From Eledone cirrhosa (Eukaryota), in assembly GCA_964016885.1 (NCBI GenBank), contig OZ024743.1, positions 331,514,001 through 331,578,000 of the forward strand: a DNA stretch of 64,000 nucleotides, read 5' to 3'. This document shows positions 58,171-64,000 of this stretch, piece after piece. The notes under the pieces were generated by a model that was not told the origin of the DNA, did not search any database, and saw only the letters and a program-made list of their open reading frames with translations. The position numbers and the translations under genes were made by a program. Numbering within the stretch: position 1 is the first letter of the stretch; each line of letters begins with the position of its first letter.

Positions 58171-58206
58171 TCTCCTGATGAAGGACTAGTGTCCGAAACG
58201 TTAAGA
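58171..58206 (+). ncRNA. Minimal type I hammerhead ribozyme motif
   Basis: tctc-CTGATGA-a-GGAC tagt GTCC-GAAA-CG-TT-A-aga, with palindromic AACGTT and a weak stem I. Confidence 0.6.
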
Positions 58207-58860
58207 CTCTCTTCCTGCTACTTCAAACGTTAAACTAATATATATCTACAATGTAATGTGCCGTTTATTTTGTTATTTCTGTTTATCTTTTACATACATA
58301 TATATATCCAGAGTTGACACTGTACATACCAAAGATCAGAATCCTTCTCCACTTCATGCCACATTCAAATTTTCATTAATTTTCGATTGGAAGTTATCTC
58401 CCTTACCATCCTTGACAAGAATTATCATTAAAACACACATGAGATATTCTCTATATTACAGATGTAATTTTCATTTATCAAAACACTAGCTTATATATAT
58501 TATGCATATAAGATCCCACCACCAGCACCATCATCACAACATAACTGTGTTTTTCATGCTGAAGGCATCCCTGAGAAATATTCTCCATGTCAGTATTTTT
58601 ACATTGCTTGTTAGTGTGCTTCCAGCAAAGTAAACAATATTATTACATATTTCTCATCTGCTACAGGCTGTATTTACAATTTTCATGAAGTGTATCACAT
58701 GTTAGTATCAGTTACCATGTCATAAATAATATCTACACCTTACTAGAGGGTGTATATGGAGGGTGTATATGTCTTCCTCTGTATAGAATTTCAACATTTT
58801 TCAATAGAGTTGTTTGTATAGCTGCTAAGTTTGTCAGACAGCACATGTTTCTCTGGCAGC

Positions 58861-58922
<62 letters not shown>

Positions 58923-59017
58923 AACATATATATATATACATATAAACATATATATACATATAAACATATATATATATATACATATATATATACACATATA
59001 TATATACACATATAAAC

Positions 59018-59059
<42 letters not shown>

Positions 59060-59146
59060 ATATATATATATATATATAAACATATATATATATATATAAA
59101 CATATATATATATATATATATATACATATAAACATATACATATATA

Positions 59147-59517
59147 TCATCATCATCATCATCATCACCGTTTTACGTCCGTTCTTCCACGCTAGCATGG
59201 GTTAGACGGGTTGTCCTGTTGTGGGCAGTGTCTGGTCGTCTGACCATGCCTTGCTCATACAGGAACTGATCTGGCTTGATTTCTACAGCTGGATGCCCTT
59301 CCTAACACCAACCTCATTTACAGTGAGTGCTGGGTGCTTTTTCGTGGCGCCTACACGTCCACTTTACAGTGTGGGCTGGGTGCTTTTTTGCCGTGGCACC
59401 TCCACGACCACCTTGCGGTGGGGGGGGGGGGGGGGGGGCATATAGTTTATATGCTTCAGCATGTACCCATGGGAAGTCGGGTACCCTGTATTACTGCGTG
59501 ACGCCAGAAGTCACGGT
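59147..59517 (-). mobile_element. RTE subfamily B 3' end (last codons, 3'UTR, tail), flanked by (AT)n
   Basis: Reverse complement of about 33240-33602. Confidence 0.85.
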
Positions 59518-59533
59518 ATATATATATCTAAAC

Positions 59534-59586
<53 letters not shown>

Positions 59587-59589
59587 AAC

Positions 59590-59620
<31 letters not shown>

Positions 59621-59680
59621 AACATATACGTATATATATAAACATATACGTATATATATAAACATATACATATATATATA

Positions 59681-59726
<46 letters not shown>

Positions 59727-59727
59727 A

Positions 59728-60212
59728 ATCATCATCATCATTTTACGTCCGCTCTTCCCTGCTTGCAAGGGTGGGACGGGTCTTATTCAGCACAGCATCT
59801 CTCCACTTGTCACGGTCCTCCGTCATCTCCATCTCCACCGTGAGCTTCAGTGATCTGAGGTCTGTTCTCACCACCTCCGCCCATGTTTTTCATCGTCTAC
59901 CTCTACCACGTCTTCCTTCAACTGGCATTTCCTGGCACTTCTTCACCCATCGGTCATCCTCCATGCACATCACATGTCCATACCACCTCAGTCTCCTCTC
60001 CCGTACACTACATTCTATCCCTCTCAGACACAGTTTCTCTCTCAACACATTCATGCTGGGTCGTTCATGCACATTGACTCTGCACATCCAACGGAGCCTG
60101 CTTGCCTCATTTCTCTCCAGCCGTCGCATATCCTCTGCAGTTGCTGCCCATGTATCACTACCATGCAGCATCGCGCTCCTCACACAGGCATCATATAACC
60201 GGCCTTTCGTAC
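59728..60212 (-). mobile_element. RTE LINE of a third subfamily, 3' fragment with a short 3'UTR
   Basis: KGRLYDACVRSAMLHGSDTW...RRLRWYGHV...GRRGRGR. The tail cccacccttgcaagcaggg...ggacgtaaaa(tga)n also occurs at about 54620 and 54860. Confidence 0.85.
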
Positions 60213-60591
60213 GCATATATACATACATATATATATACACACACACATATACATATATACACATATAAACATATATATATACAAATATACATATACATAA
60301 ACATGTCTTCCAACGGCTTTTTAATTTCTCTCTGTGAGACAATATATATTTTTTCTCAGTTGTAAAGGCTATCTCTCTCTCTCTATCACCCATCTCTCCT
60401 CCTCTCTCATCCTTCCTTCTTATACTTCTCCCCCCATTATTATTTACTCTCATCTCCTCCTCTTCCTTACCTTTTCCACCACTACCCTCACTTTTTCCCA
60501 ATCTCACACATCAATCTTAAATTATTTTTCATATGTTGATTTAAAACTTCACTATTCACAAGTGTTTTTTAACCTTCATATCATGTATCCC

Positions 60592-60662
60592 TATTTTATC
60601 TGATGAAAACGCAGATATCACCCAATGATGATATTTGTTTTTGAAATGCGCATAATAAAATA
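60592..60662 (+). ncRNA. Type I hammerhead ribozyme motif
   Basis: tattttat-CTGATGA-[aaacgcagatatca...tgatatttgttttt]-GAAA-TGCGCA-TA-ataaaata, with an 8-bp stem I and palindromic stem III. Confidence 0.75.
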
Positions 60663-60720
60663 CTTGGAACTCTTTTAACCATCTTTTGATCTTATATTAT
60701 AAACATATATATATATATAT

Positions 60721-61967
60721 ACAAATGCAAAGTATGGGTGCATAAAAGATGTAGTGGGATCACAGGTAAGCTAACTAAGAACATAGATTTTACATGTGGC
60801 CGGTGCTCTGGTGCAATAAGTAGCAGCAAGTGCCCACAAAATACTAGCTCCTTCAACTGCGCAGAGGGTTCTATAGAAATAGTGGACAGCTTCCGTTATC
60901 TGGGTGACAAAATCAGCAGTGGGGGAGGGTGCTCTGAAAGTACAGTAGCTAGAGTCAGAACTGGATGGAAAAAGTTCAGAGAGCTTATACCACTATTAGC
61001 CGCTAGAGGGTTCTCCCTAAAAATGAAAGGCAGGTTATACGATGCCTGCATACGAACAGCAATGCTGCATGGCAGTGAGACCTGGGCATTGTGTGCAGAG
61101 GATATACGCAGACTAGAGAGGAACGAAGCTTGCATGCTCCGCTGGATGTGTAATAGTAATATACGTGAACGGCAAAGCATAAACGAACTAAGAAAAAAAT
61201 TAGAAATAAGAGGGATCAGATGTTGTTTACTCGAGAGAAGGCTACGTTGGTATGGTCACGTGATGCGCATGAAAGACGATAGCTGTATAACAAAGTGCAG
61301 GGCAATAAAGATAGATGGTAGCCACGGAATAGGCAGACCCAGAAAAACCTGGGACGAGCTGATAAATTCCGACCTCACACACTTACACCTCTCCAAGACA
61401 ATGTCACTGGACCGAGACCTTTGGCGGTACTCAGTAATAGAGAAGACCCGCCTTACCTAAATACAAAGTAAAACCTACTACAGTCAGTAGGCATCTCTAA
61501 CAAAATACACCCCCGTCCCACCACCCCCACCCCATCCACACCACCCCTTTCAATGTAAAGTTATGTTGGTGCCACAACATCCAGGCCGAAACAAATGAGA
61601 TCGTGTAGGTGTCACAACAAAAAAACACACAGTCCACGCTGTAATGTGGCCGTGTAGGCAACACGGTAAAAACCTCCCAGCCCCACACTGTAAATGTGGT
61701 TGGTGTTAGGAAGGGCATCCAGCTGTAGAAAACCCGCCAGACAGTCCACGCTGTAATGTGGCCGTGTAGGCAACACGGTAAAAACCTCCCAGACCCACAC
61801 TGTAAATGTGGTTGGTGTTAGGAAGGGCATCCAGCTGTAGAAAACCCGCCAGACAGTCCTATGCGAGCAAGACAATCACTCTTGCCTCAAGTGGGAAAAA
61901 CCCCCGTCCAAACCCATGCAAGCGTGGAACACGGACGTTAAACGTTGATGATGATGATGATGATGAT
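60721..61967 (+). mobile_element. RTE-clade LINE, subfamily A, truncated within the PHD finger; duplicated 3'UTR block
   Basis: ORF 60738-61460. Begins right after (AT)n and ends in (GAT)n. Confidence 0.92.
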
Positions 61968-64000
61968 ACATGAAAGGAAGAGCAGGAGAAATCGTAGAGA
62001 TGCTAGAGCGAAAGGAAATTGATGTATGCTGTGTGCAAGAGACTAGATGGTGAGGAGAGTCTGCTAGAGTCCTTGTAGGAAAAAGTCAGTGCTACAAATT
62101 TTTCTGGGTGGGAAATGATGATGGGATAGGTGGTGTAGGTATACTACTAGCTGACAAGTGGGTAGATAAAGTAATCTCAGTGAACAGGGTAAATGTAAGA
62201 ATCATTAAACTCAGACTAGTCCTGAATAAAACAATTACCACAATATCAGCTTGCGCACCCCAATCAGGGTTGCCAAACGAACTTAAGAATAGGTTTTACG
62301 TGTCCCTAATGCACACTACTGCTCTAATAAATGACAATGACTTTGTAATCATTGCAGGAGATTTTAACGGACACGTAGGTAAACACTGTGACGGCTTCAA
62401 TAGAGTCCATGGAGGCCATGGGGTTGGCACAAGAAATGAAGAAGGATTCAGACTTCTAGAATTCTGCGACGCCAATGACATGTCGCTATGTAACACAAAC
62501 TTCAAAAAACCCGACAACCACCTGATCACCTATAGATCAGGGGAGCATTCTAGTCAGATAGATTTTATCCTCATCAGAGGACGTGACAGTTGGACGGTCG
62601 TAAACACAAAAGCCTTCCCTAGTGAGGAATGTACTCCCAACATAGCTTAGTTGTCAGCGACTCACGGTCAGAACTAGACAAACCTGGAAACAGAGGCCAA
62701 CCTGGAGAGGAAAGATCTGGAAGCTGAAAGACCCCTCAGCCAGTAACAGATTTAAAGATATTTTACTCAACGCCTACGACAGTAAAGAAGAACAGATATA
62801 GACATTCAATGTAGAAGAGCACTGGGAGTTCCTAAAAAATAACTTACTAGAGGCGACGGATGAGATCTGTGGCTGGAGTAAGACCACAAGCAGGAGGAGA
62901 GTGATATGGTGGTGGAAAAATAAGGTAGATGAGGCAGTTAAGTCCAAGAGACAGGCATGGAAAGAATGGAAGAATGGGAGAAACAGGGTACATTACATAG
63001 AGACCAAGAGGGAAGCTAGGCGACAAAGATACTTAGCTAGGAGGGAAGCAGAGGATAGAAAATTCAAGCATGTTTTACAACGTGAGGACCAGAAACATGA
63101 GGTGTTCAATATTGCGAGGCAGTGTGTCAGAGAGAATTGTGATGTCATTGGAGAGAAGTGTATCCAGAATGATAAAGGTGAGCTTGCCCTCACAAGTGCT
63201 GAGAAGAAAGATGCATGGAAGAGCCATTATGATAGATTACTAAATGAGGAGAATGCATGGGAAGAAGAGACCCTACCCCAAGTAGACCCTATAGAGGGAC
63301 CAGCAGTACAAGTCAGCAGCAGCGTAGTAAGTAAGGCAATAAAAGATATGAAGATGGGGAAGGCAAGGGTCCATCGGGTATAGCTGCCGAGATGCTGAAG
63401 GCATCTGGGTCTGTAGGTCACACTATAACCACACGTATTGTTAACCAGGTAATACTAGAAGGCATCATACCAAAAGATTGGTGCAGTAGCATCATTGTCA
63501 ACTGCTACAAAGGTAAAGGTGATGCACTAGATAGAGGAAACTGTAGAGGTATAAAGCTGATGGACCAGGTCATGAAAGTAACAGAAAGAGTTATAGCACA
63601 GTTGATTAGGGACCGGGTGAAAATAGATGAGATGCAATTTGGGTTTGTACCAGGAAGAGGCACCACTGATGCCCTCTTCCTTGTGAGGCAGTTACAGGAA
63701 AAGTACCTAGCTAAAAGTAAGCCACTCTACCTGGCATTCGTCTATCTCGAGAAAGCCTTTGACAGAGTTCCACATGTTGTAATCTGGTGGGCTCTTAGAA
63801 AACTAGGAGTAGATGAATGGCTTGTGAAAGCTGTACAAGCCATGTATAGGGGAGCAGTCAGCAAAGTTAGGATTAGCAAGGAGTATAGCGAGGAATTTAG
63901 CGTACAGGTTGGTGTCCACCAGGGCTCTGTTCTTAGCCCTCTTCTGTTCATCATAGTCCTGCAGGCAATAACGGAGGAGTTTAAGACCGGATGCCCATGG
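61968..64000 (+). mobile_element. RTE-clade LINE, subfamily B, nearly full-length ORF (APE endonuclease plus RT), with stops and frameshifts; runs off the window
   Basis: MKGRAGEIVEML...CCVQETRW*, GVGILL, CAPQSG, AGDFNGHVG and SQIDFIL (APE motifs), followed by RT motifs. Confidence 0.92.

Overview
AT-rich, repeat-saturated eukaryotic DNA. The repeat set points to a coleoid cephalopod such as Octopus (inference). The only host coding sequence I can support is one 63-nt minus-strand coiled-coil exon (1934-1996; MRALEERAIAADEKAKDSEQQ, resembling from memory the N-terminal coiled-coil exon of PLEKHH1/2 / MAX-1), so most of the window is probably intron. About 20 kb (6.0-26.4 kb) is a CA-rich minisatellite complex with kb-scale higher-order duplications. 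The rest holds seven long, dead copies of an RTE-clade LINE whose reverse transcriptase has a C4HC3 PHD finger inserted between RT motifs 6 and 7, plus fragments of CR1, CRE, R4/Dong, Penelope (GIY-YIG) and Sola-like elements, tRNA-derived SINEs and a possible solo LTR. It also holds up to nine type-I hammerhead ribozyme motifs of the Penelope-associated kind, most with a palindromic stem III. Two of them form an inverted pair later interrupted by a LINE. All calls were made by eye; no searches or folding calculations were run.
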